The position numbers and the translations under genes were made by a program. A model generated the notes under the pieces. The model was not told the DNA's origin and ran no database searches. It worked only from the letters and a program-made list of their open reading frames with translations. Positions 29,276 through 46,089 of a stretch of 64,000 bases of DNA are shown here, in pieces. The stretch is from the NCBI RefSeq assembly GCF_009914755.1, contig NC_060928.1. One strand, written 5' to 3'. Every line of letters begins with the position of its first letter. Positions within the stretch are counted from its first letter, which is position 1. This DNA comes from the human T2T-CHM13v2.0 reference genome, Homo sapiens.

Positions 29276-30481
29276 ATTTAACATTTTCTTGTGATTTTTA
29301 TATTTAATAATGTATATTTAAGTGGGACAGTTTCACTAGCAGTGCTCTGGGTAATATTTCTTTCAAGGATGAATTTTAGGAATTACAGAAAGAGACACCC
29401 TGAAAATATGCAGAAAGAACTTGAAGATAGGTTGATATCAAAAGGGCTTTTGGTGTAATAGGTATATAAGGACCCCAACACAAATAAATAGTGTAAATTT
29501 ACAGGAAAAAAGTACAAGCTGTTCTTTTTCTATTCGCAAATAATTCTGGAGAACCATTTAAGTGAGGGAGAGGTGGGTTATATAAATTAAGAAACAGGAA
29601 AAACTGCTGGGAACTGTGAAGGCTTCTAAACTATTGAATACATAAAGAGACTCAAGGTTGGAGTGTAGAACTCGACTGGAGGCAGGAGGTGAAGGCTGGG
29701 TTAGAGGAAATATTTTAATTTCTCTTTTCGCCTTCCCCAACTTCAGTGCCTTTCACTTACTATGGTGTTACACAGAAAAAAACCGTAAGCCTGCTATTTT
29801 TGGCATGGTGATACTTAGCACAAATTTCTTAGAAGGTGTGGAATTGATGAAAAGAGATAAGGAATGATTAGTCTTCCTTTACCATTCATATCTCCACCTG
29901 TTCTCCCTCCAAAACTAATGAGCTTTGCAAGCTAAGATGACCGCCTCCTTCCAATGCTGGTGTTTCTTAAGAAGGATTTAAAGGCAAAACCCTCATCAAG
30001 GTTGTTTTGGGGTCCAGGGACAGCAAAACTGGAGATTATGGAGATATTCAGCTTCAAAATTATCTGTTGCTTTCTCAATAAATTTACCTGGACACAAAAC
30101 TAAGCAAAGGACTATATTCACTGGCATAAAATTTTCAAGCTATAAGAATTATAGAAACCTCTCCAACAAATTAAACAACACATATTAACTAAGGAGGATG
30201 AGACAAATAATTAAAAATAAGCATGATACATATGGAGAGTTCAGCTCCTAAAAAACAACCTTTGTGTGATCTTTGAGGCCCAACCACAGGCAATTACAAA
30301 GGCTTCAGGAGGAAAGCCGTTCTTCCCGCACAAGACATGCGGAACAGCCAGTGCATTGCAGTCTCTGAAGGGAGTTGCAGTCAAGAACTCAGGCTCCTTT
30401 GCCACGGTCTATGCATATTTGCATTCCCAGCCCAGGTATTCATCAGCAGAGGCCTTCCCGGTCACCTCTACCTAGGTTTTA

Positions 30482-30540
30482 GTGTGTATATGTGTGTGTG
30501 TGTGTGTTTGTGTGTGTATGTATGCATGTGTGTGAATGTG
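30482..30540. repeat. Imperfect (TG)n microsatellite
   Basis: gtgtgtatatgtgtgtgtgtgtgtgtttgtgtgtgtatgtatgcatgtgtgtg. Confidence 0.9.
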
Positions 30541-30639
30541 AAGACACTTTTCTACAATCTGACTTTGTAATTTTCCATCTCTATCCCTCTCTTTCATTAA
30601 ATTTTAAATATCTGGCTTTCAATTATAAGATAAACAATA

Positions 30640-31830
<1,191 letters not shown>

Positions 31831-32354
31831 TTACAATTCATATAAATATCATATTGTTTCACTTTTATCAGTGAAGCAGTGAAATAGAAAACAAAGTCAT
31901 CAGCTGAGAATCAAAATAGAATGTAAAATTTTGAAGGTTAGAGGAAAGAAAAGTTGTGGGTGAGTTATTGAGATGAGCAATTGAATGAACTGGAAATATA
32001 GGGCTCATTCAAGGTTAGTTACGTTTACCATCACAGAAAAAATAAAAAATTAAACTAAGATAAAAAATATATTTCCATTTGGACCTAAAATTAAAAATCT
32101 ACACAATCTAAACAGGGTGAAGAGTTTTGGAAGAAGAGAATATAAGCGCGTATACTAAAGTACTTGTCTTGTGATGGGGAAAGTATAAGTTCTGAGCATT
32201 TTAAGAGACCAAAGAATGCAACTAAGCATTATTATTTGTGAAAACTTAAAGAAACAAAACAAAATTAGAAAAGTAAAATTTAACAAACCACAGAAAGAAA
32301 ATAATAATCTACTCAGTTGTAAAGCAAGCAAGAACAAAAGAAAAATTCAATAAA

Positions 32355-32673
32355 ATTTACGATTTCATTCTGATAGACCCATTGTTAAGTTAAAAATATC
32401 GAGCAGTGAAACGCATTTAATACACATACCAAATGATATAGCTTTGCCTAGCCTATCTTATCCATGCTCAGAACCTTTACATTAGCCTACACTTGGGCAA
32501 AATCATCTGGCAACACAGTACACTGTAGGGTATCATAGCTAACTGGGAGCTACCATTCACTGTCACTGCCTACCATTGAGAGACTATAGTACCCGTCTCT
32601 ACTGAGTGCATATAGCACCATACTAAAATCATAGAGTCATTAAGTCAAACCATCCTGTGTCAAGAACCATCTG
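32355..32673 (+). mobile_element. MER47/Tigger5-like DNA transposon relic
   Basis: gcctagcct...gctcagaacctttacattagcctacacttgggcaaaatcatctggcaacacagtacactgtag...taagtcaaaccatc...accatctg. Confidence 0.8.
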
Positions 32674-32699
32674 GAAATATGAAAGTTTTAAACTCATTG

Positions 32700-33445
32700 A
32701 CTATTAGACAGATCTGTCAAGTCTAGCTGTATGTGGCCTCTTCAAGGTACATATATCAACAAGACATAAAAACAATTTCTAAATAAATGAGTTGAAAACT
32801 ATTCGTCACATAAAAATAAACCATAAGAATGAAGGAGTAATATTCTTAACATCTGCCAAAATAAAATATAGAGAAAAATACTCGGTGACATTAAATGACA
32901 TCACACATTGATTAGTGGAATTGTAGAACAAAATTATACAAACGTTTTAAATATATAAATACATCAGTGCAGATTAAATGTCAAGCAAAAACTGGCAGAA
33001 CTTTATGGAGAAATAAACACGTTTAGCTGGAGACATTAATATATGTTTAGAAATTGATAAATCAAGCAGAGAAAAATAAGCAAATAATTTTTAACATTAA
33101 TAAGTTCAAGCACTTCAAATAAATTAGGCCTTATTACCCTAAAACTTCGAAGATTAATATCACACAATATATTCTTTGATATAGTCAATTACAACAATTA
33201 TTAACAAAAACATAGCTAAAACACTGCTATTGGGAAATGAGTTATGTAATAAATCTCATTTATGTTGCAATGGAAACAAAAATTAAGACATGCTTAGGTA
33301 TTGCAATAATAAATGTATGACTCTAGCATATGTCGAACTGAAAGAAATTTATGCATTCGATTATATTAAATAAGAAGTTCAAAACAAATTAAGCATTCAA
33401 TTCAAAATGTTGGAGAAAAAAATTAAAGGCAAATCTAAAGAAAAA
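32700..33445 (+). mobile_element. Very old L1 ORF2 endonuclease-region fragment
   Basis: A-rich, weak matches (gaaggagtaatattcttaacatctgccaaaata; agctggagacattaat; aattgataaatcaagcaga). Confidence 0.5.
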
Positions 33446-33457
33446 AGAATAAAGGGT

Positions 33458-33790
<333 letters not shown>

Positions 33791-34299
33791 AATAAAGGGT
33801 AATAAATATAATAGACATAAGTTAAAATATGTACATAACACAAACCCAAAGTGGTTTATTAGGGCTTCAGTAATGCTTCAGTAATGCTAAAGAATATAAA
33901 GATAGAAGAAAATAAACAACACCAAAGGAAACATGGGAAATAGGGAGAAACACAAAAAAACTTTTTAAAATTATAAAGGTTTCGTAGACCACTTGATAAT
34001 TTTGTTCCTATGAATCTGAATTTTTGTCTGAAAATTTAAAACATTTCATTCCCTTTTATTACCAAGTAAATCGTTTTCTCTAAAATGCTAAGGTAAGATT
34101 AAAGGAAATCTGCATCATAGTTCTGTAGTGTTAGCCAGTTTCAAATATAATAGATCCTTAACAGGTAATGCATGTCACAATATCTGATATCAATAAGATC
34201 AGGTGATATACAGAGTGTTCCTATAACTGTATTTGGCCTGCTTGAAAGTAATTACCCTATCTAAAGTATTGCATGTTCTTTTATTTCAAATTCACTTTC

Positions 34300-34990
34300 T
34301 GAATGTTGTTTCTTTTTTCTTTTCTTTCACTCTCTTTTTGGCAGCCTATTTTTGTTTTATGGACACAATATATTCTCTTTTCTCTCTGAGGATATTGGTT
34401 ACAGTTCTTGAAATAAAAATGTCTTTCTGCCTAGTCACCATTTCCTCCAAGTTGCTCTTCTTCTCTTATTTGTTTTTCCTTTGTTTGGGTCTATATCTTA
34501 TAATTGAAGCTGTGTAGTTGGTGATCCTCGTGTGTCTGCTCATATTTATCAGCTATTGGAGTGTTAGCAACCTGATTGGAAGCTCTGATTTGACAATGAG
34601 GTTCGGGTCATGGTTGAGATAGGTCTTCAGACAACCTATTGGCATAAGTAGCTTTAGTCATTTTCTCTTGTATTTATCAGAGGCCCTGGAAACTTTTATA
34701 TTTTCCTGTCTGAAGTGTGTAGTCTTAGCTGCATGTGTCTTAGAAACTAGTGAGACAGTGACCTGGGGATCTCAGTATTCAATGAGTATTCCTATTTTCA
34801 AAATGGTGCACCTGCTCTAACCAAGGGCTGATGTCTGGTAGTTTAGAGGATTTATTTTATATCCTTCATTGGTAAACCTCTGGTCTTCTTGCTGCAGTTG
34901 GAAAGGGGAAGTCACCTATGTTATGGGAGGATGGGACAAGTAGAAATGGGTGAAAATGTGAGGATTAACTGCTTGTTAAACTGACCTTTA
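34300..34990 (-). mobile_element. Old L1 (L1ME/HAL1-like) 5' fragment
   Basis: T-rich antisense pattern (tctctctgaggatatt...atttcctccaagttgct...tgtctgctcatattta). Weak match. Confidence 0.4.
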
Positions 34991-35002
34991 ACCAGTCATT
35001 TA

Positions 35003-35790
35003 ATTTTTTTCTTTATTTTTAGTTGATACACAATAATTGTATATATTTATCAGATACAGAGTGATAGACTGATATGAGAATAGAATGTGTAATGATGAAA
35101 TCAGGATAATTAGCATATCCATCACCTAAAACTTTTATTATTTCTTTGTGTTGTGAGCATTCAAAATTCTTCTAGTTTTTTGAAAATATACAATTAAATT
35201 ATAGTTAACCATAATCACCCTGTGGTTCCACAGAACTCCAGAACTTACTCCTCCCATGTAATTATAACTTCATTTCCATTAACCAGCCTCCTCTTAGTAC
35301 CCCTCCCAGCCTCTAATACCCACACCTCTACTCTCTACCTCCATAAACGTAATTATTTTTTAGCTCTCATATGAGTGAAAGCATGCGGTATTTAGTTTTC
35401 TATGCCTGACTTAGTTTGCTTTACATAATGTCCTTCTGGCTCATCCTTGTTGTTGTGAATGAAAGGATTTTTTATGGCTGAATAGTATTCCATTGTATAT
35501 ATAGGACACATTTTCATTATCTGTTCATCTGTTGAGGAACATTTAGGTTGACTTCATATCTTAGCTGTGTATATAGTGCTGCAATAACAATGAGGGTACA
35601 GGTATATTCTTTGATATACTGTTTTTATTTTCTTTGGATGAAAGCTAGTCAAGGGACTGTCAACTCAGATGCTAGTTTCAGTTTTAGATTTTGAGAAACC
35701 TCCACATTGTTTTTCATAAAGGCTGCAGTAATTTACATTCCCACCAACAATGTATTTTTTGTCTTCTTGATGCATCTTCTAAGCAATGAT
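35003..35790 (-). mobile_element. L1MA 3' end
   Basis: gttgatacacaataattgtatatatttat...aaatcaggataattagcatatccatcacct...tttttatggctgaatagtattccattgt...atttacattcccaccaacaatg. Confidence 0.9.
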
Positions 35791-36199
35791 CTGTGAATGC
35801 TATAATTTAAATTTCCCTATTGAAGTTATGTGACTTCATTTTGTAATGAACAATTAAAAATAAAAACTCAGGAGTTTTAAAGCCTATCCTCTATTGGATA
35901 AGAAGCTAGAAGAATATTTAAGATAAAAGTATCAGAATGAGATTTCAGTTGAGTACCAGGAAGCAGTATTATATAGGCATGTTTTAATAATTTGAGAAAA
36001 TAATAGATTTTTAGTGCATCTTTGAGGCATTCCAGTTCAAGAACAATGGAGACTGTGATGTGTAAAAGCAAATGTATTTTTGACTAACAGGGTAGATTGA
36101 AATAGAAAGAATGGAGGTTGCGTGTCCACTACTGTGACGTACTCACAGCAGGGGTAATGTATAACACCATATTTGTTAAGCTAGACACAACCAGGAAAA

Positions 36200-36395
36200 A
36201 TGAATAATAATTGTTAAGAGTTCACTATTTTTAACAAGTGTCCAGGAACCATGTTTAAGATTCTTGTATGTATTAATTTATTAAGTTAGAGAAATGGGGC
36301 TGACAAAGGTAAATTATTTGTGAATAATTGGCAATTACAATTCAAACACACACAATTTGGCTTCAGAGGATACAACTTACAATTTTACTAAACTG
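36200..36395 (-). mobile_element. MIR fragment
   Basis: aagtgtccaggaaccatgtttaag...agaaatggggctgacaaaggtaaattatttg...attcaaacacacacaatttggcttcagag. Confidence 0.5.
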
Positions 36396-36882
36396 ACTTT
36401 CTGACTTTTGAAGATAGGCTTTCACTCTAAGGCAACAGCTTGAAGTTTAAGAAATGCTAATTTTCAATATTTTAATCTTGCACGTAAGTAAGCAATGGAA
36501 GTTCCCATAACAGTATGAAACAAAATAAACTAGTTTATGTAACAAAGTGGTTTCTATAGTTAGCAATTATTTCAGAGTAACATAATTCAACACCCTGCCC
36601 CAGAATAACCTTTGCTTTATATTACTTAATTCTACAATATGAATACTACCATTATCTATACCCATATAATCAGAGATCTAGGGAGGCCATGGACATTCAC
36701 ATTTCCACATGAAATGTTTAATATTATTTTCACATAGCAAAATGAAGTATTTTCATGAAGACAAATATTATAAAGATTATAAGTAAGTCAGTGTTGGCAA
36801 GATTTTGCTTCTCTTGTCTCCATATCCAACCTATAAAATGTTGTTTTTCTCCTACATATCTTTCATGCCTATTTCTCTGGAA

Positions 36883-36991
36883 ACACACTCGTACTGGCTT
36901 TCCTGGTTCTCTAGCTTACAGAAGGCATGTCATGGGATTTCTTCACTCCATAATCATGTGATTCAGTTCCCCTCATAAATTTCCTTTTGTG

Positions 36992-37033
<42 letters not shown>

Positions 37034-37111
37034 CCCATCCATTATCTATCTGTCTATCTATCTATCATCTGTCTGTCTTATTGGATCTCTTTCTCTGGAG
37101 AACCCTAATAC
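36883..37111 (+). mobile_element. MLT2 (ERVL) LTR 3' fragment containing a TATC repeat
   Basis: ggctttcctggttctctagcttacaga...ctccataatcatgtga...tattggatctctttctctggagaaccctaata. Confidence 0.8.
36992..37077. repeat. (TATC)10 tetranucleotide STR plus degenerate extension
   Basis: Perfect TATC x10 at 36992-37031, then TATC/TGTC variants. Confidence 0.95.
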
Positions 37112-39744
37112 TCTTGGAAATAATATTCTCCAGGAAGGGAAAATCACCAATTTGTACAATCCTTTTCTTACTACTTTGGTAACTTTGGGTGAAGCATTCG
37201 GCTTCTAATTCTTTTCTCACTTTTGAAATCAGATCACCTTCAGAGGGTATCCATTCTTCTTTACTTCTCTATGCTATTAGTTTTACCACACTTGGCCACC
37301 TAAAGGAAACCTATGCTTTTCCATTGCAGCCTGTGTTTGGGTGAGACATGATTCTTTCTGTGATTAGGTACTAAGATGCTCATTTTTGACAAGCAGGTAA
37401 ACCAACTCTTAGTGATAAAGCTAATATTTTTATTCACATATGTCGAACTCCTATACTAATCTTTAAATTAGTTTGTCAATCAAACATGTAAAAGAATATT
37501 TTTCTAAACTTAATGTGAATGCTGGTTTAGTTAATTAGGTAATTTCTTTTAATTAACCTTGGGAGATATTCTCTAGGACAATATAGTCTACATATGCCCA
37601 TCTTTCTTGAGTTCTAAAGATTTTTCTTTTATTATTTTCTTGGAATATTTATCTGTTATCTATTTATCTTACAAGGTATGAACTGGAGTCTATATGGCAC
37701 CTTTTGATACCACTCAGCGAAAAAATAAAAATGTCTGCCTGAGATTTTTTTCTGTCATTTGTTCTAGTTATTGCAACATTTGCCAAATCACAAGAAAGGA
37801 GAATATATAAAAATATATCTGTTTCAAGCCTAATCTTTGAGTTTTCACAAGGGCATTTGGAATTCTGTTGCAATTCAGAGAGACTTGGGTTTAAGTAATT
37901 TTTATTCCTTGGGGAACAAGAAGTAAAAGAGGAACTGGACACTACAAGTGGATGACGTTTTCCTTTGGGTAAAGACAGTGTCTGAGAAATAGCTGACCAT
38001 TCAATAAATGTCATCCTTTGAAAGAGAAGTTCACCGCATTTCTGTGTGAGGGGAAAGTGCCAGGTTGCAGTGAACTCAGTTCTAATCCAGAAACGTGAAC
38101 TCTACAAAACAGTAGAACACTGAAGTTGCATAAAGTCTAGCATATTCATTCATTCATCTGTAGCTTACATGTCATCATAGGTTAGGTCAGTAGGAAGTAC
38201 CAAACTTAATGCAGGAGTGTCAGGGACAAATTTAAATAGACTGGTTGTTAGTGATGGATGACCATTGGCGTGAAGGAGACTCATGAATATTTGAGGCAAA
38301 AAGTCCTATACAAAACACGATAATAAGCCAGAACAAAACAGGAAGAAAGATGATGTAACCCACAAACTGTAGTGGACAGAAAAAAGAATCTGAGCAACAC
38401 ATTTCAGAATTGGGTTAGGAACTAGCTGAGTCCAAAACTGTATGTAAGCCCATGGCTGGATCTTTATGTAACAATAAAGATAGATGCAGCATACATCCAC
38501 TGATTTTCTAACTTAAATTTACAAATTGTTTATATTTATATTATATTATTTCTTTCTCAAAGTATTCCTTAATAAGAATATATAAGATCCTTCATAAGAA
38601 TAATAATTACCACTATTTTCTTTTGATGATTAAGTGTTCTGTTATTAAGCATGCATTTAAAAACAGATATAATCAATTAAACATTTTAAACCTAGAAAAC
38701 ACAGATGTACATATGAAAAAACTACTTAAAAAGAAATATAAATTATAATTTAAGTGAATCCATAAATAAAGCAAAGTGTATTCATAATATATACCTATTG
38801 TTAAGGAAAAAATATATGCGTGCGTGTAACTTTTTTACATTCAAATAGACTTCCATTTGAAATATCAAAATTCTTTTGTATTCCTATGCTGAATGGTAAA
38901 TGCTTTATATGAAGGAATTCTTTTATTCAAAAAGTATGTATGCCATTATTTGATATTTCTGAAGTTTTTCTTATGCTTTTAGGCAGATAGCAGACATACT
39001 AAAACACTTGAGTTTTAAAATAACTGGTATTATAAGGAATAGGCACAAATTGAGTACCTAAAATTCTTCATCATTATTTTTGCTGTGAACAGAATCAACT
39101 TTATAAACTCAGAGGCAGCTTCTTTTGGGCAATTATCACGAATACACATGAATTGTGTTCATTTTCCATTTATGCTGCAAATAGTCAATTCTAGAACTGC
39201 AGCATAACGACGTAATCAATATACCTTAATGCTTTTTATTCTCTTACGTCTGGATTTTCCTAGGCCCAGATGATTTGTATACTTTATATCAAAATTAAAG
39301 GTATAATAATGAAAAACTCTTTTGATGTTTTCTTTTATTTATAAGTACAAAACTAAATATTGGAATCTTCTAACTGACAAACAGGTCATGTTCCAAACAG
39401 CCATTTTAAAGTCAGGTGGGAGGAAATAAGAGTGCATTTTTTTTACAAAAATAGCAGTTAAGCATCATAGCTGATTTGGGGGAAGAAGGGAAAGTGAAAT
39501 TTCTAGCACATCAGGATTTATGAAGAGAGATTCATACTATCTCAGTAGAACAGGGTGTTCTCTGACTGCTCCCCCTGCAGGTTTCTACTAAGCAGAGTAC
39601 TCTTGCTTCTAATCATCAAGGTGTTTGGGCAACACTGGGACATGAGCTCATGAAAAGGCTGCTTCCTTCAAGTAGATTCAGAGAATAGATTACTTTAGTG
39701 AATGGTTTTGAATTCTCAGCTTCAATGGAAATATAACATTAATA

Positions 39745-42300
<2,556 letters not shown>

Positions 42301-42779
42301 GGATAAAAAAATTATGAATTTTATAATGAACTTTTCTCTAACATAAATTGATCAATAGAACAAATTAATATTTTAAGTTAATAATCTCTTTATTGCAAGA
42401 GAGTTGCTGAATAAACATATATTCAAGACTTATAGAGAAATACAAAAAAGATTTATAGAGAAATGGTGAGTATGTAGTTAGTAAATTTTAATAATATACA
42501 TTTTCAAAATATTATACAAGAATATAAAGTGGTCATCACATTGCCTGGCATATAGTCAGAAATCAATGCTAGCTAATATTATTATTATTAGTGTTAAATA
42601 TCATTATTGATAATACAGTCATTCTAAATATATCTATTTACTTATAATTTCTATAATTATGCCAACTGCACTCGGGGTCATCTTTGTCAACTCCTCTATT
42701 TTCCCCAAGAGTGTGACAAATTATTTAATATTTATTGCATTAACCACCTACTTTTTACTCTACTTTCAGCATGTAGGTT

Positions 42780-43365
42780 TTGGACCTGCAACTGCAAAGT
42801 AGTCCCCTAGTTGTTATTATCCCCTTTAGTTACAGCCTTTTCAATTTAGCTAACATATATTGACCAGACATATATTGCTAAATTGTGAATCTATTCAAAA
42901 TTTACTTACCAAGTGTTTTGCATGGCTTCTATAACCTGCAAAATGATTCCGGATTTCTTTTTATGCTTTTATATTGCCCTATGTGTCTTTTTTCTATCAT
43001 CTTCCTAAATTGTCCCATTTGAATCTCATACTCAGCAATTCTAAACTATATAAAATAATCAGAAAATACTGCATTCTACTCTTTCTATGCCCAATGAATT
43101 CAAAATAATTTCTCCAGTTTTAGCTCAAGCATTACCTCCTCAAGGCAAATTTCCTCAATCACAGGTGCTTAATACTCTTTTGAAATCATAAAATAACTCA
43201 TATTTATATTTATTTATCACTTAGCTGATTTTGAGATTTTTGAGAGAAGAAACCAGATCGTATTTCTTTCTAATTTTCTGTATTTAAAAATATACTGGGA
43301 ATATTACAGATATAGAATAAACAATTGTGAAAGGAGTAAAGTAACTAATGAATTAATTAATGAGC
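42780..43365 (+). mobile_element. L2 3' fragment, highly diverged
   Basis: tagctcaagcattacctcctcaaggcaaatttcct...ttttgagagaagaaaccagat... ending in aatgaattaattaatga. Confidence 0.45.
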
Positions 43366-44098
43366 AGTGTAATCTTTTGAATATTAAAATAAGAAAATAC
43401 AGAAGCAATAAAAGGAACAAAAGGAAAAGTAATTTATATTACTTTTGGGAAGTAATTTACATTACATTACTCTCAAAAAGTAATATAAGATTATAAAAAA
43501 TGACTAAAGAATAATTAAAATCAAATCTATAAATAACTATGTTCAATTTTTGGAGAACACTTTTGAATTTTTTTAATTGGGAAACTTTCTATTTAGGAAG
43601 AAACAATGGAGCAGCACATTTTTTAGACATGTTAATTAAGGTATTACAATTAGCAAGTTGAAAAAGTAGCTGACGTAGCTAATGACATTAGGGCATCTAA
43701 TTCAACATACAAATAAAGTAAATAGTCCCCAAAGTATAAATATGATGGATCATGAAATGGCCTGATTAGGCTTAGTAAATACTGTAATCTTGACCTACCA
43801 CTGAACTGCCAGAGCTACTCAACAAAGCCTTAATTATCAGTATAAATGCTTCTAAAATTATGCAGAGTTAATTGCTATTTTAATAAGTATTTTCAGACCA
43901 ACAGGTCATTGCACCGATTTTGGATGATTAGTTTAAGGAAATAACACCTTTGAGGAAAACAACACAGTTATTTTTTAAATGGACAAATAAACATAATTGT
44001 TATTTGGAATCATGAGAAATAGGTTTTTATGATTTTTTCTTGGGTATTGTAATCATTTTAAAGAAAAACATAGCTGTGATTATACTACTACCTTTGAC

Positions 44099-44405
44099 TT
44101 TGTTGTTGTTGTTGTTGTTGTTGTTGTTTGGCGGAGTGGACGGAGTCTCTGTCGTCCAGGCTGGAGTGCGGTGGCATGATCTCGGCTCATTGCAACCTCT
44201 GCCTCCCAGGTTCAAGCAATTCTCCCTGCCTCAGCCTCCCGAGTACCTGGGATTATAGGCACCCGCTACCACGCCTGGCTAATTTTTGTATTTTTTAGTA
44301 GAGACAGGGTTTCACCATGTTGACCAGTCTGGTCTTGAACTCGTGACCTCAGGAAATCTGTCCGCCTTGGCCTCCCAAAGTGCCGGGATTACACCGCGCC
44401 CGACC
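44099..44405 (-). mobile_element. AluS (Sx/Sq-like) with (TTG)n tail and an 11-nt deletion near its 5' end
   Basis: Antisense Alu dimer with tail ttgttgttg... at 44100-44127. Reads gattacaccgcgcc where the AluY at 4401-4426 has gattacaggtgtgagccactgcgcc. Confidence 0.93.
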
Positions 44406-45022
44406 GTGTTTGTTTGTTTGTTTTTTAGAATCAGACTTCTGATGGTACTGCGTCTGACAGTTTTAGTGCAACCTGATCTCCTATTTCTTTGACTAGAGGA
44501 TCATTTTTAGAAAGTCCTACAAAGTCTCAAGAAGAAAATGTCATTGTTTTCTTCATTCGTTTGTTTGCTTCTTTTCCATGATGTTACAAAAGTGGTTATG
44601 GTTAATCAGCTGTAGTTGAAAACTTAAGTGATGCATTCTGCAATAAAAAGCTTTCAAGACGTTATGTCATTCCAGAAATATTTTACAAAATCTTAGATGA
44701 AAGCCCTTTCATGTATCTTTGCATGTCTCTGAGGAACTTCCATTCCACTCAAGATAGACTTTAGCAAGTATAATCAGTCTTTTTCCTCTTTGCTCATTCT
44801 CCCCAAGACAGAAAGTATAATTTACTTGACTTTAAATTTTCATCCATTCCGAGGTTTTATAATTTCTAATTCCTATCCATAGAAATATGATCCCTTTTTC
44901 TTTGTTTGAGAAAATAAAAATATAATTAATGTTAATTTTAATTAGCTATTGCTAATTTCTTTGTAATGTATTTTAATATAATAATTATTTCCTCATTTCA
45001 TGAAACTTTTATGCAAAGGCGC

Positions 45023-45491
45023 TATATCAGTTTCCTACTGCTGCTGTAATAAAGTACAGCAAAATGAATTGCTAAATAAACAACAGAAATTTATTTTCTC
45101 ACGTTTCTGAAAGCTAAAGTCTGCAGTCAGGATTTTGGCAGGGCCAGCCATGCTCCCCCTGAAAACTGAATGGGAGGGGTCCTTTTTTGCCTCCTCCTAG
45201 CTCATGATGGTAGTTGCCAGTTCTCAATATTCTTGGTTTGCAGCTACAGCACTTCAATCTGCCTCTGTCATCACATAGCATTCTCCTTTGGCATCTGTAT
45301 CATCACATGGCATTTTCCTCTTCTTATGAGGACACCAGTCATAGTAGATGAAGCCCACCCTACCCCAGTATGGCCTCATCTTAACTAATTATATCTTCAA
45401 TGATCCTGTTTCCAAATAAGGCCACATCCCAAAGACCTGGAGGTTATGACTTCGGCATATGCTTTTAGGGAGCACAGTTGAATCCGTGGCA
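45023..45491 (-). mobile_element. MLT1C-like MaLR solo LTR
   Basis: tatatcagtttcctactgctgctgtaa...aacaacagaaatttattttctca...cttatgaggacaccagtcat...tttccaaataaggccacat...; ~470 bp, full length. Confidence 0.88.
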
Positions 45492-45687
45492 GGTAAAATG
45501 CAATTCTTTTGCGATGTTTACAACTTTTTTACTGCTTCAACTGTTTGATAGAAAATGTTGTGAATTGTGTAAATAAAATTTAAGGCAGAAGTAAAAAGGA
45601 TTTAGAAACCTCAATTGTTTTTGTTTATGTTTTCATTTAGCTTTTGATTCTAATCTTGAGCATGCTGTAAAAGAACCTGCATGTTTT

Positions 45688-46053
45688 CTTTTGTTTTGTT
45701 TTTTTATTATACTCTAAGTTTTAGGGTACATATGCACAACGTGCAGGTTTGTTACATATGTATACATGTGCCATGTTGGTGTGCTGCACCCATTAACTTG
45801 TCATTTACATTAGGTATATCTCCTAATGCTATCCCTCCCCTCTCCCCCCACCCCACAACAGGCCCCAGTGCGTGATGTTCCCCTTCCTGTGTCCATGTGT
45901 TCTCATTGTTCAATTCCCACCTATGAGTGAGAACATGCAGTGTTTGGTTTTTTGTCCTTGAGATAGTTTGCTGAGAATGATGGTTTATGTGGCACATATA
46001 CACCATGGAATACTATGCAGCCATAAAAAAGGATGAGTTCATGTCCTTTGTAG
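45688..46053 (-). mobile_element. Short L1PA (PA4/5-like) with 5' inversion
   Basis: Antisense 3' end at 45688-45986 and sense piece at 45987-46053. Perfect 15-bp TSD gaacctgcatgtttt at 45673-45687 and 46054-46068. Confidence 0.96.
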
Positions 46054-46089
46054 GAACCTGCATGTTTTATATGTCCTGGAGGACATATC

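Noticed and set aside
33864-33888. Tandem gcttcagtaat x2
   Set aside because: Ordinary 11-bp slippage duplication.
37664-38014. 116-aa minus-strand ORF in apparently unique DNA
   Set aside because: No recognisable motif or exon structure; this length can arise by chance in 64 kb.
45265-45320. Repeated tcatcacat.gcatt.tcct motif
   Set aside because: Lies inside the MLT1C LTR and, from memory, is part of its consensus.
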